A stretch of 64,000 nucleotides of DNA from Candidatus Hydrogenedentota bacterium. Lineage in GTDB: Bacteria > Hydrogenedentota > Hydrogenedentia > Hydrogenedentales > SLHB01. Positions 38,272-47,939 of this stretch are shown piece by piece; position 1 is the stretch's first letter, and each line of letters starts with the position of its first letter. Where the stretch lies: NCBI GenBank assembly GCA_045863335.1, contig BTVY01000022.1, forward strand, positions 1 to 64,000. The letters are read 5' to 3'. The notes beneath the pieces were generated by a model. The model saw only the letters and a list, made by a program, of their open reading frames with translations, ran no database searches and was not told where the DNA came from. The position numbers were made by a program, and so were the translations under genes.

Positions 38272-40353
38272 CTACATGTCGTCGAAGTCGCCGTCCTGCA
38301 TCGGAATGATCTCTTCTGGCCGGTGAACGCGGTCCCCGGCGTGCGCGAGTTGCGCGCGCGCGACCGTGCGGCGGCTGTTCGCCTCCGCATGGCGCCTCTT
38401 GTCTGAGCTGCGGGTCCGAGATGCAATGCGCACCGAACTGGCCGCTCCGTTTGTGGCGCCGTTGACGTAACGGGTCAGGCCATTGACGATGTCGCGCATC
38501 TGTGCCGCCTGGGCAGACAACTCCTCGCTTGCGGCTGCCGACTCTTCCGACGACGCGGCGTTGGACTGGGTGATCCTGTCCAACTGCGACACGGCGATGT
38601 TGATCTGTTCGATTCCCTGAGATTGTTCCTTGCTTCCCGCCGCAACCTCGCCGATCAGCTGCGAGACCTTCTGAACGTTCTCCACGATCCCCGAGAGGAT
38701 CTCGCCGACTTCCTTTGACACGGACACGCCGTGGTCGCTATTGCGCTGGGCTTCTTCAATCAGCGCGGATGTGTTCCGGGCCGCTTCGGCGCTTCGTTGT
38801 GCGAGATTTCGGACCTCCTCCGCAACCACGGCAAACCCTTTGCCCGCTTCGCCCGCGCGGGCCGCTTCGACCGCCGCATTCAACGCAAGCAGGTTGGTTT
38901 GGAAGGCGATCTCGTCGATGGTTTTGATGATCTTGGCGGTTTCGCCCGAAGAGTTCTGGATCTGATTGATGGCTTCCGACATGCGCGTCATGGCCTCGCC
39001 GCCCTTCACCGCCGCGGCCTCCGCTTCCGCCGCCATGTGGGCCGCCTGTTCCGCATTGTCCGAGTTGTGGTGCGTCATAGAGGCCATTTCCTCGAGCGAG
39101 GCGGAAGTCTCCTCCAAACTGGAAGCCTGCTGGCTGGCGCCGTCCGAAATCTGCTGGCCGGACTCGGCCACCTGACCCGCGGCGCTCGTGAGTTCGCCAG
39201 AAACCGCATCGAGTTGGTGGGCGGTAGCGATGAGCGGGCGGGAGAAGACGCGGCCGGCAAGGGTACCGACAATGACGATTGCCGCCAGACATACAATCAC
39301 GGCAATCATCACGTTTCGTTTGATCGCGGTCACTCCGGCGATGGCCAGCACCTCGTCGCGCGCCGCGCGCACGAGTACAGACCAGTTCATGCCCGGGTAG
39401 CCCATGGCGCCTTCCAGATGCGCGTACCCGCTCGCCTGCACAATCTTCTTGCGCGCATGAGTAGCCCAGCCGTGACCTCGTTTCCCGGCGACGGCCTCCT
39501 TGGCGGCTTCGACGCCGTTCGACGCAAGATTCAGATTTCCAATGACCGAGAAATCATGGGTGACGGTATCCGCTCCCCGCGAGGATGGATCGTAATCGAC
39601 GATGACGTTCCCCGTTCCGTCGAGCAGGGTCAGCTCGGTATTCTCGAAACCGGCACGCCGCAGATTACGGTAGGTGTCCGTAATGATTTGCTCCACAAGT
39701 GCAAACTTCGTCCGATTCGACCAGTAGGCGATCACTTCTCCGTTGGCATCGTACACGGGAGCCGAAAAGCCCAGGGTAAGCGCATCGTCGCCGGGGTACG
39801 CCGACTTCACGTCCTCGTCCACATGCAGATCTTCGATGAACGTACCGTCCGAGATATCGTTGCCCTCGGCCGTGAACGGCATCTCCGTCGTGAAGTCTCC
39901 GGCCGCGCATGCACGGAACCACGCGGTGTTGCTGTAGTTTTTGTCGAAGAGCGAACTCGTCTGGATGGGTTGCCCCGATGAATCCCGCGTATTGACGGCG
40001 ATCACGCGGCCCGTTGGGTCGACCAAGATCGTCAGGTAGTAGATTCCATAGGTCTCGACGTATTTGTTCATGGTCTGAACGATGGGATTTGATCGTTCGT
40101 CCGCCTGATACCAGGCGTTGCGATCGTGGGTGACTTGATTCAATGCGAAGGCTTGCACGTCCCCGTAACGCTCGAAAAGATTCCTGTCGATCTGCTCCGA
40201 GATCGTTTCCGCCGTTGTCTGGAATCGCTGTGCCATGCCTTCCCCCAAACTATTTGCTGCGGCGAAGGCTATCGCGGTCAAGATCAGTGCGGGAACAAGT
40301 CCGAAGGCAATGAAAAGCAGGACTAACTTCTTCGTCAGCGACAGGTTTTTCAT
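38272..40353 (-). CDS. Methyl-accepting chemotaxis protein with large periplasmic Cache-like sensor
   Basis: Two TM helices; [37 protein letters not shown]; C-terminal DFDDM. Confidence 0.95.
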   Translation of the reverse strand: MKNLSLTKKLVLLFIAFGLVPALILTAIAFAAANSLGEGMAQRFQTTAETISEQIDRNLFERYGDVQAFALNQVTHDRNAWYQADERSNPIVQTMNKYVETYGIYYLTILVDPTGRVIAVNTRDSSGQPIQTSSLFDKNYSNTAWFRACAAGDFTTEMPFTAEGNDISDGTFIEDLHVDEDVKSAYPGDDALTLGFSAPVYDANGEVIAYWSNRTKFALVEQIITDTYRNLRRAGFENTELTLLDGTGNVIVDYDPSSRGADTVTHDFSVIGNLNLASNGVEAAKEAVAGKRGHGWATHARKKIVQASGYAHLEGAMGYPGMNWSVLVRAARDEVLAIAGVTAIKRNVMIAVIVCLAAIVIVGTLAGRVFSRPLIATAHQLDAVSGELTSAAGQVAESGQQISDGASQQASSLEETSASLEEMASMTHHNSDNAEQAAHMAAEAEAAAVKGGEAMTRMSEAINQIQNSSGETAKIIKTIDEIAFQTNLLALNAAVEAARAGEAGKGFAVVAEEVRNLAQRSAEAARNTSALIEEAQRNSDHGVSVSKEVGEILSGIVENVQKVSQLIGEVAAGSKEQSQGIEQINIAVSQLDRITQSNAASSEESAAASEELSAQAAQMRDIVNGLTRYVNGATNGAASSVRIASRTRSSDKRRHAEANSRRTVARAQLAHAGDRVHRPEEIIPMQDGDFDDM

Positions 40354-40661
40354 GACGACTCCCCCATTGGTCCACGGTCACAGCGCTTCTCGAATCTAAG
40401 TATTTTCATTTCAACAATTTGCGATAAAAGGTGGATTGCATGCGGTAGTTCCGCGGCCTGTGCCGGAAGAAAAGCGAGACGGTAGTACCCGAGTATTACG
40501 CGGCACGATTCGGTCCCTCACCAGGATTTAACATGCATTCTACATACAGCGTATAGAATGTACTCAGAGTTTGCGGGTTTGTCAAGGCGAAAAGGCGCGT
40601 ATTCAATTAAAACTAGAGCTTCTTGCCAGTATTTCGGGTTGTTTGAGGTGGGGCGGCACGC

Positions 40662-41987
40662 TCACTCGCCGTCCGAGGGCGCATCAAGCTGATCGAGGCG
40701 GGACCGAAATTCGGCTTCCTTCCCCCGATTCACCGGGTGGTAATACGTGCCGCGGGGGACGCCATAGTTCTGCGGAACATAACCGTCTTCGTAGTCGTGA
40801 GCGTACTTGTAGCCCTCACCGCGACCCAGCCGTTTCGAGCCGGGGTAGTGGGCGTCCTGGAGATGGGAGGGGACTGGGACCGTCTTGCCTTCGCGCACGT
40901 CGCGGCGGGCTTCATTGATACCCGCGACCGCCGCGTTACTCTTGGGCGCGCAGGCGACGTAGGTGGCCGCCTGGGCCAGGATGATCTGGGCCTCCGGCAG
41001 GCCGATGAACTCGCAAGCCTGCCACGCCGACGTGGCCACGACGATGGCCATCGGGTCCGCGTTGCCCACGTCCTCCGATGCGGCGATGCAGATGCGGCGC
41101 GCGATAAAGCGGGGGTCTTCGCCCGCCTCGAGCATGAGCGCCATCCAATACAGCGCCGAATCGGGGTCGGTGCCGCGCATGCTCTTGATGAACGCGGACG
41201 CGGCATCGTAATGCTCGTCGCCCGTGCCCTGGTAATGGATGAGCTTTTTCTGGATGGATTCCTCGGCCACCGTCGGCGTGATGTGTACGGCGCCGTCTTC
41301 CGGCGGGGTCGTCAGCACGGCGATTTCCAGCGCATTCAACGCGCGGCGCACGTCGCCATCCGCATAGGTGGCGATGTGGAGGAGCGCGTCGTCGTCCGCA
41401 TTCACTTCCAGGTTCTCCCAGCCCCGTTCAGGATGGGCCAGGGCGCGTTTGAGCAACTGGACGATCTGCTCTTCGGACAACTTCCGCAGTTCGAAGACCT
41501 GCGACCGCGACAACAGGGGCGACACGATGGAGAAGAAGGGGTTCTCCGTGGTCGCACCGATGAGAATGATGTTGCCGTTTTCCACGTCCGGCAACAGCGC
41601 GTCCTGCTGAGCCCGGTTGAACCGGTGGATCTCGTCGACGAACACGATGGTCTTCCGGCCGTCCTGGATGCGCCGTGCCTTGGCCGACTCGATGAGCGCG
41701 CGCAAGTCTTTCACACCCGACGTGACGGCGTTGAGATTGTCGAATGCCGACTGAGTGCGCATGGCGATGAGCCGTGCCAGAGCCGTCTTCCCACAGCCAG
41801 GCGGGCCATAGAGGATGAGCGATGTGATCCGGTCGGCTTCGATGGCGCGGCGCAGTATCTTGCCCGGTCCCAGGATGTGCTCCTGCCCGATCAGGTCGTC
41901 CAGCTTCCGCGGCGCAACCCGGCGCGCAAGAGGCGCCTCTTTGCGCAGGCGTTCCGCCGCTGCGTGTTTGAAGAGATCTTCTGCCAT
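40662..41987 (-). CDS. rarA: Replication-associated recombination protein A (RarA/MgsA)
   Basis: GPPGCGKT, DEIHRFN, GATTENP, SAFIKSMRG, SEDVGNAD. Confidence 0.95.
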   Translation of the reverse strand: MAEDLFKHAAAERLRKEAPLARRVAPRKLDDLIGQEHILGPGKILRRAIEADRITSLILYGPPGCGKTALARLIAMRTQSAFDNLNAVTSGVKDLRALIESAKARRIQDGRKTIVFVDEIHRFNRAQQDALLPDVENGNIILIGATTENPFFSIVSPLLSRSQVFELRKLSEEQIVQLLKRALAHPERGWENLEVNADDDALLHIATYADGDVRRALNALEIAVLTTPPEDGAVHITPTVAEESIQKKLIHYQGTGDEHYDAASAFIKSMRGTDPDSALYWMALMLEAGEDPRFIARRICIAASEDVGNADPMAIVVATSAWQACEFIGLPEAQIILAQAATYVACAPKSNAAVAGINEARRDVREGKTVPVPSHLQDAHYPGSKRLGRGEGYKYAHDYEDGYVPQNYGVPRGTYYHPVNRGKEAEFRSRLDQLDAPSDGE

Positions 41988-42165
41988 GACGCAATCGTAC
42001 TGTAACCGCGAGGGCCACACAATCGGGGAACTGGCATCGTGTTAACGGATCCGTCAGTCCCGCCATTTGCACCCGAGAGCGCACGTGGACCACAATGGCC
42101 GGGGATTCTGACTTTCTTGACGAACATGGCGGGCAGGTACGATCCTTCCGCAAGCTGGAATTCGA

Positions 42166-42543
42166 ATGCATAACGTACTTCTCGTGGGATTGGGTGGATT
42201 TATCGGCTCTGCCGGACGCTACCTGGTGAGCGGTTGGGTCCAGCAGATGGTGGACAAACCGCTGTTGCCCTTCGGCACCCTGGCGGTCAACGTTATTGGC
42301 TGCCTCCTGATCGGATTGCTGGGCGGTCTCGCGGAGGCGCGAGAGATTATGCATTCCAACGCCCGCATGTTTGTGATGGTTGGCATGCTCGGCGGGTTCA
42401 CGACCTTTTCAACGTTCGGATATGAGACCTTCGCGCTGGGCCGGGATGGCGAATCGCTGCTCGCCCTGGCAAACATTGCCGCCCAGGTCGTTATGGGTTT
42501 TTTTGCCGTGTGGGCGGGATTCACCTTGGCCAAAGCCGTGTAG
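42166..42543 (+). CDS. crcB: Fluoride efflux channel Fluc/CrcB
   Basis: GGFIGSAGRY, GTLAVN and GGFTTFSTF motifs. Confidence 0.95.
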   Translation: MHNVLLVGLGGFIGSAGRYLVSGWVQQMVDKPLLPFGTLAVNVIGCLLIGLLGGLAEAREIMHSNARMFVMVGMLGGFTTFSTFGYETFALGRDGESLLALANIAAQVVMGFFAVWAGFTLAKAV

Positions 42544-42566
42544 TCGCGGAATCGAGAGGACTCGAC

Positions 42567-42929
42567 GTGGGGAAGTATCTCGAAGAAGGCTGTCTGCTGC
42601 GGGTGTTCGTGGGTGAAACCGATCGGCATGATGGGATTTCGTTGTACGAATGGATCGTGCAGCAAGCCCGCGACCACGGCATCGCCGCCGCGACGGCCTT
42701 GCGCGGTATGACGGGGTACGGGGTGCACCATCGTATCCACAGTGCGAAGATCTTGCAGCTCACGACCGATCTCCCGGTCATTGTGGAGATCGTGGACACC
42801 GTCGAGAACGTCAAGCGGTTTTTGCCTGTGCTGGAAGCCGTCATTCACGAAGGCATCGCCACACTGGAACGGGTGGAGATTCGGTGTTTCGGGGAAGACC
42901 CGCCCCATACGCCCGAGAGCGAGTCCTGA
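42567..42929 (+). CDS. DUF190 (PII-like) protein
   Basis: LRVFVGE.D, TALRG..GYG, DLPVIVEIVD. Typical crcB neighbour. Confidence 0.9.
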   Translation: MGKYLEEGCLLRVFVGETDRHDGISLYEWIVQQARDHGIAAATALRGMTGYGVHHRIHSAKILQLTTDLPVIVEIVDTVENVKRFLPVLEAVIHEGIATLERVEIRCFGEDPPHTPESES

Positions 42930-42968
42930 CTTCGCGATCGATCGTTTACATTAAGGAACTAACAAGAC

Positions 42969-43778
42969 ATGAGTAAACCAGTTGCGCTCGCCGTAGCAGC
43001 GCACCCCGATGATATCGAATTGATGATGGGCGGCACGCTCCTCATGCTGGGCAAGGCAGGTTTTGACCTCCACTACATGAACCTGTGCAACGGCTCCATG
43101 GGCACCGATTGGACGACCCGCGAAAAGATCATCGCGCAACGCACAGAGGAAGCGCGGGAAGCCGCGAAGACCCTGGGCGCGACATTCCACGATCCCATCG
43201 CCGACGATCTGGATCTGTTCTACGACCGCACCGCGCCGCGAAAGGTTTGCGCGGTCATTCGGGAAATCAAGCCGCGAATCCTTCTGGCGCAGTCTCCGCA
43301 GGACTACATGGAAGATCACATGAACGCCTGCCGGATTGCCGTGTCCTCCGCTTTCTTCCGCGGCATGTGCAATTACATGACCGATCCGCCGCAGCCGCCT
43401 TACGGCGACCCCATCACCGTCTATCACGCCCTGCCGTGGGGGCTGCGCGACCCCCTGCGCCGGGTCATCCGCGCGGGACAGTACGTGGACATCACCTCCG
43501 TTCTCGCCACCAAGCGCGCATCTCTCGCCTGCCACAAGAGTCAGAAGGAATGGCTTGATCGCAGTCAGGGACTCGACAGTTACCTGACTACCCTGGAGGA
43601 GATGTCGGCGCTGGTAGGCCGCATGTCCGGCCGCTACCAATACGCCGAAGGATGGCGCAGGCACCTGCATCTTGGATTCTGCGGCGAGCACGACGATCCG
43701 CTAACCGATGCATTGCCGGACGCGGCGCTTGTGTGTGAAGAATACACGAAAGAAATCGACGCTGGGCTGCCCCGCTAG
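42969..43778 (+). CDS. PIG-L family deacetylase
   Basis: AHPDD, R..EA, DH, HKSQ, AEG motifs. Confidence 0.9.
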   Translation: MSKPVALAVAAHPDDIELMMGGTLLMLGKAGFDLHYMNLCNGSMGTDWTTREKIIAQRTEEAREAAKTLGATFHDPIADDLDLFYDRTAPRKVCAVIREIKPRILLAQSPQDYMEDHMNACRIAVSSAFFRGMCNYMTDPPQPPYGDPITVYHALPWGLRDPLRRVIRAGQYVDITSVLATKRASLACHKSQKEWLDRSQGLDSYLTTLEEMSALVGRMSGRYQYAEGWRRHLHLGFCGEHDDPLTDALPDAALVCEEYTKEIDAGLPR

Positions 43779-43813
43779 CAGCCTCGAGACAGAAAGTCCC
43801 ATCTGCAACGGAT

Positions 43814-43900
43814 TGTAGCGTCCCGCCTTCCATGGCGGGCGTACTTTCCGAGAGATTCCGAGGCACGAAGTCTCGCCCGGCGTGGAAGCCGGGCGCTACG
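43814..43900. repeat. REPIN-like doublet (GTAG type), copy 2
   Basis: Left arm identical to 35763; right arm CCCGGCGTGGAAGCCGGGCGCTAC. Confidence 0.8.
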
Positions 43901-43949
43901 GGCGAACACCCAAGTTTTATCTCAAGAACTCCGCGCGATGCGTAGCTGA

Positions 43950-43988
43950 AAGTCCCCCTTTGAAGGGGGATTTAGGGGGATGTTCCCT
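43950..43988. repeat. Solo end of the CCCCCTTNGAAGGGGG element
   Basis: AAGTCCCCCTTTGAAGGGGGATTTAGGGGGATGTTCCCT. Confidence 0.75.
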
Positions 43989-44022
43989 CTGGTACTGATC
44001 GTGAGTGCGATGCGAAATTGCG

Positions 44023-44526
44023 TCAGTGCAGCAACCCCCCTTCGATCCGCAACAGTTCCCGCTTCCATTCCAGGCCCGCGGCGTATCCGTGGAGCGAACC
44101 ATCCTTCCCCAGAAACCGATGGCAGGGGACGAGTACGGCAACCGGATTCGCGCCCAAGGCCGTGCCGACGGCGCGCGCGGTTCCCGCATTCTTGCCCAAG
44201 CGGCGCGTTAAATCACCGTACGTTTCCGTATGACCCCAAGGCGTTTCGCGCGCGGCCAGCCAGACCTCGCGTTGAAAGGCCGTCGCACCGTTGAGGTCCA
44301 GTGGAATTCGGCTAAAGTCTTCCTGCACGCCCGCGAAGTACCGTTCCAACGCCGCGTTCAATTCCCACACGCGTCCGTCGTTCGCGGCCGAGTGCAACAC
44401 CGAGCGGCGCATACCCCCCTTCTCCGCGTGGGGCAGTTCCAGCCATTGCAGTCCCGCTCGGGAAAACCATCCATAGATCGTTCCCCAAGGATGATCGAAT
44501 TGAAAGTTTGCCTGTCCCGTCATCAC
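44023..44526 (-). CDS. ogt: Methylated-DNA--protein-cysteine methyltransferase
   Basis: FQREVW, ARAVG, NPV...PCHR, GYAAG..K..LL..E. Confidence 0.92.
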   Translation of the reverse strand: MMTGQANFQFDHPWGTIYGWFSRAGLQWLELPHAEKGGMRRSVLHSAANDGRVWELNAALERYFAGVQEDFSRIPLDLNGATAFQREVWLAARETPWGHTETYGDLTRRLGKNAGTARAVGTALGANPVAVLVPCHRFLGKDGSLHGYAAGLEWKRELLRIEGGLLH

Positions 44527-44614
44527 CGTGCCCCGCGCCTGATTTGCTCAGGAAAGAGCCTACCACAGGCGCCGAAACTCGAGCCACACGAAGGACTCAG
44601 GTTGAAAGAGGTGC

Positions 44615-44757
44615 TGTCCACCGATTGCGCCGATTTCACCGATTGAATGCCGGTCTTAATGGTCTCGTCAGCAGATTTTCTCGATGAGAAACTATGTGCG
44701 GATATGGTGCGGGAGTTCAGTCTCTTGAATCGGTGAAATCTGTGCAATCGGTGGACA
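44615..44757. mobile_element. Gene-less inverted-repeat element related to the GxxExxY cassette ends
   Basis: 30-bp IRs TGTCCACCGATTGC(G/A)C(C/A)GATTTCACCGATT (28/30 identical) around an 83-bp interior. Confidence 0.65.
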
Positions 44758-44783
44758 AGAATAGTTAACGCGCCTGCCCGCGT

Positions 44784-46052
44784 CTACGCGCGATACGCGA
44801 CCGCGCCATCGCAGATGGTCGCCTTCACGAGGCCCCGCACGGTCATGCCGGTGAACGGCGTGTTGCGGCTGAGAGAATGAAACTCGTTGGGATTGACCAC
44901 CCATTCCGCGGAGGGATCGAAGACTGTCACGTCCGCCGCGCCGCCTTCCACGAGCGTTCCTACGGGTAGATCGAGGATGCGCGCGCCCGCAATAGACATG
45001 AGTTCGACCGCGCGTTCAATCGTGATAACGCCGGTCTCCACGAGACCGGTAATCGTGAGGGCCAGGGACGTCTCCAATCCAAGAATGCCAAACGGCGCGA
45101 ACTGGAATTCCACTTCCTTTTCCGTGGGCGTGTGCGGCGCGTGATCGGTGGCGATACAATCGATGGTGCCGTCCGCTATCGCGGCCTTGATGGCTTCCAC
45201 GTCTTCCGGTTCGCGCAAGGGCGGATTCATTTTCGCGTTCGTGCCGAAACCTACGACCGCCTCATCCGTCAGCGTCCAGTAATGAGGCGCCGTTTCGCAG
45301 GTCACCCGAATGCCCTTCGCCTTCGCGCGCCGGATAATCTCCACGCCGCCTGCCGAAGTCACATGCTGGATATGAATGCGCGCGCCGGTCAACTCCGCGA
45401 GGCGGATGTTGCGGTCGATCATGATCTCTTCCATCGCCTTTGGGCAAGCGGGAATGCCGAGCCGCGTGGAATTGTACCCTTCGTTCATGGCGCCGCCGTC
45501 CATCAGCGTCGAATCTTCGCAGTGGGCCATGTACACGAGGTCGCACATGTTCGCGTACTCCAACACCCGCCGCATAACCCAACTGTTCTGAATGTCTTTC
45601 CCGTCGTCCGTGACCGCGACTGCGCCAACCGCCTTTAGCTCGGCCATCTCGGTCATCTCGACGCCTTCCATGCCCTTCGTGGCGCAGGCGGCGGGCCAGA
45701 CCTTGATGCAGGCGGTTTCGCGCGCGCGGCGGCTGACGAACTCGATCATTCCCGCATTGTCGATGGTGGGGCGGGTGTTCGCCATCGTGACCACGGACGT
45801 GAAGCCGCCGTGTGCCGCGGCGCGGCTACCCGTGGCGATGGTTTCCTTCGATTCAAAACCAGGCTCCCGGAAATGCACGTGAATGTCGACGAGCCCCGGG
45901 CACACCACGCATCCCGCCGCGTCGATAGTCTCATCGCCCTTGAGTCCGTTGCCGATCTTCGAAACGGTGCTTCCTTCGATCAGGATGTCCATCGGTTCGG
46001 AGATGCCCTGGGAAGGTTCGATGAAATGCCCGTTGACGATGGCGAGACTCAT
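44784..46052 (-). CDS. pyrC: Dihydroorotase
   Basis: DIHVHFREPG, HCED, KMNPPLR, ATDHAPH, SRNTPF. Confidence 0.95.
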   Translation of the reverse strand: MSLAIVNGHFIEPSQGISEPMDILIEGSTVSKIGNGLKGDETIDAAGCVVCPGLVDIHVHFREPGFESKETIATGSRAAAHGGFTSVVTMANTRPTIDNAGMIEFVSRRARETACIKVWPAACATKGMEGVEMTEMAELKAVGAVAVTDDGKDIQNSWVMRRVLEYANMCDLVYMAHCEDSTLMDGGAMNEGYNSTRLGIPACPKAMEEIMIDRNIRLAELTGARIHIQHVTSAGGVEIIRRAKAKGIRVTCETAPHYWTLTDEAVVGFGTNAKMNPPLREPEDVEAIKAAIADGTIDCIATDHAPHTPTEKEVEFQFAPFGILGLETSLALTITGLVETGVITIERAVELMSIAGARILDLPVGTLVEGGAADVTVFDPSAEWVVNPNEFHSLSRNTPFTGMTVRGLVKATICDGAVAYRA

Positions 46053-46077
46053 GAATGTTCTGTGCTCCTCGTGCGTG

Positions 46078-47061
46078 CTAGGCGGCGCGGCCGTTGACGA
46101 GCAGATGCATAATCGCCATCCGCACAGCGACGCCATTGGACACTTGCTCCAGCACGACGCTGCGCGGGCCGTCCGCGACTTCCGCCGCCAGTTCGATGTC
46201 GCGGTTGATGGGCCCGGGATGCATGACCAGCGCGTGCGCCGGAGCGGCCTTAAGCGATTCGTTGTCGATGCGGAACAAGCGAATGTATTCGCGGATACTC
46301 GGGAACAGGCATTTCTGCTGGCGTTCGAGCTGGATGCGCAGCGCGTACACCACGTCCGCACCCGCAATCGCGTCGCGCAGATTTGACGTGGTCTCCGCGC
46401 CCATGCGGCCGACCTCCGGAGGCATGAGCGTGTTCGGGCCGCACAATATCACGCTGGCGCCCAATTTCGTCAGACCCCACACGTTGCTCCGCGCCACCCG
46501 GCTATGCGAAATGTCGCCGATAATCGCGACGCGAATGCCGTCCAGCGTCGCGTTGGAGTCTTCCCGCTGCCGCCGCACGTGGTCGCGAATCGTAAAGGCA
46601 TCCAGCAAGGCCTGCGTCGGGTGTTCGTGGGCGCCGTCGCCCGCGTTGATGATGTGGGAATCATGGTGTTGTGCCAGGATGTGCGCCGCGCCCGCGCAAT
46701 TGTGGCGGATGACCACCACGTCGCTATGCATGGCCTCGATATTGTCGAGCGTATCGTGCAGGGTCTCGCCCTTCTTGGAGCTGGATGCCTGCACATTGAT
46801 GGTGAGCGAATCGGCGCTCAGCCGTTTCGCCGCAATCTCGAAGGAGGTCCGCGTCCGTGTGCTGGGTTCAAAAAACCAGTTCACGATCAAGCGGCCTTGC
46901 AGCAGGGGGACGCGCTTGATGCCGCTCTCGCGTTTCGATACCGCCACGAATTGCGGCGCCGTGTCCAGGATGGTCTCAATTTCCTGGCGCGACAAATCCT
47001 CGAGCCCGGTGAGATCTTTCCGCGTCCACACGGGGGCCGGCTTGTTTTCCGCGGGCGTCAT
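46078..47061 (-). CDS. pyrB: Aspartate carbamoyltransferase catalytic subunit
   Basis: FEPSTRT, NAGDGAHEHPTQ, RIQLER, HPGP. Confidence 0.96.
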   Translation of the reverse strand: MTPAENKPAPVWTRKDLTGLEDLSRQEIETILDTAPQFVAVSKRESGIKRVPLLQGRLIVNWFFEPSTRTRTSFEIAAKRLSADSLTINVQASSSKKGETLHDTLDNIEAMHSDVVVIRHNCAGAAHILAQHHDSHIINAGDGAHEHPTQALLDAFTIRDHVRRQREDSNATLDGIRVAIIGDISHSRVARSNVWGLTKLGASVILCGPNTLMPPEVGRMGAETTSNLRDAIAGADVVYALRIQLERQQKCLFPSIREYIRLFRIDNESLKAAPAHALVMHPGPINRDIELAAEVADGPRSVVLEQVSNGVAVRMAIMHLLVNGRAA

Positions 47062-47660
47062 TCCTGGGACTCCGCGGTCTCGCCCGGCCGGCTCTCCAGC
47101 AGGACGATGTCTTCGCCGTCCGATTCCTTGAGCCGAACGAACACGTGGTCGTCCGGTTGGGTCACGAGCGACCATCCGAGGTAGTCGGCCTGTATGGGAA
47201 GCTCGCGGAGGCCGCGATCGATGAGGCAGGCCAGCCGGATATACCGGGGACGTCCGTAATCGATAATCTCGTCCATGGCGGCACGAACCGTGCGCCCGGT
47301 GGAAAGCACATCATCGACGAGGACGACCGTGGTTCCCTCCACGTCGAAGTCGAAGTGCGTCATGTGTCCGAGCGAAGCGGAACGTTTCCCGCTGCGGACA
47401 TCGTCGCGATAGAGTTCGGTGGAGAGGGAGCCGACTTTTGGCGCGACTCCGGTCATGTTCCGGATTTCGCTCACCAGCCGTTCTGCGAGGGGGCGGCCCC
47501 GGCTCAGAATCCCAAGGAGCACGACGGAGGCGAGGTCGTCATTGGCGGCGACGATTTCCTGGGCCATGCGGTGGATAGCCGCGTTCATGGCTTCCCCGTC
47601 CAGGACCACGGTGGATTCGCCGAAGTCGCTGTTCTCCTGCCCCGTGGTGGTCATCGCCAT
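47058..47660 (-). CDS. pyrR: PyrR / uracil phosphoribosyltransferase
   Basis: LYRDD, VLVDDVLSTGRTVRAA, DRG.RELPI.AD. Confidence 0.92.
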   Translation of the reverse strand: MAMTTTGQENSDFGESTVVLDGEAMNAAIHRMAQEIVAANDDLASVVLLGILSRGRPLAERLVSEIRNMTGVAPKVGSLSTELYRDDVRSGKRSASLGHMTHFDFDVEGTTVVLVDDVLSTGRTVRAAMDEIIDYGRPRYIRLACLIDRGLRELPIQADYLGWSLVTQPDDHVFVRLKESDGEDIVLLESRPGETAESQE

Positions 47661-47681
47661 TCCCCGAAAGGACCGCCGGAT

Positions 47682-47716
47682 AAAAGAAAGGCCTTCTCGC
47701 AGATTGGAGAAGGTCC
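47682..47716 (-). terminator. Terminator-like hairpin in the pyrR leader (possible attenuator)
   Basis: On the minus strand, CCTTCTC-CAATCTGC-GAGAAGG followed by CCTTTCTTTT. Confidence 0.6.
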
Positions 47717-47774
47717 GGCCAGATTCATACCCACACTCGCTCTCGATTCATCTGTCCTAGGCACACCAAGCCCG

Positions 47775-47803
47775 ATTCTAACAGCCGGGAATGAATCAGT
47801 CAA
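47775..47803 (-). promoter_or_regulatory. pyrR-pyrB-pyrC promoter
   Basis: TTGACT-17-TAGAAT. Confidence 0.7.
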
Positions 47804-47939
47804 ACGCTCCATTGCCGTCGGCCGCCTCCCGCGCTCTCGGAGTTCGCAGCCGTGCGTTTCTTGACTTCGCGGTGATCGCTCGCGCATGCTCGCTGAAGGC
47901 GCAATACTACTAACGTCAGCGAACAAGGGGGCTTCACGT

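Noticed and set aside
40354-40660. Sigma28 promoter or c-di-GMP riboswitch upstream of the chemoreceptor
   Set aside because: TAAA..CCGAAT spacing is too short and no GEMM-like motif was recognisable.
42000-42165. Fluoride riboswitch upstream of crcB
   Set aside because: No GGCGAUGG..CGCC / UGA..CCU pattern visible; cmscan would be needed to exclude a divergent copy.
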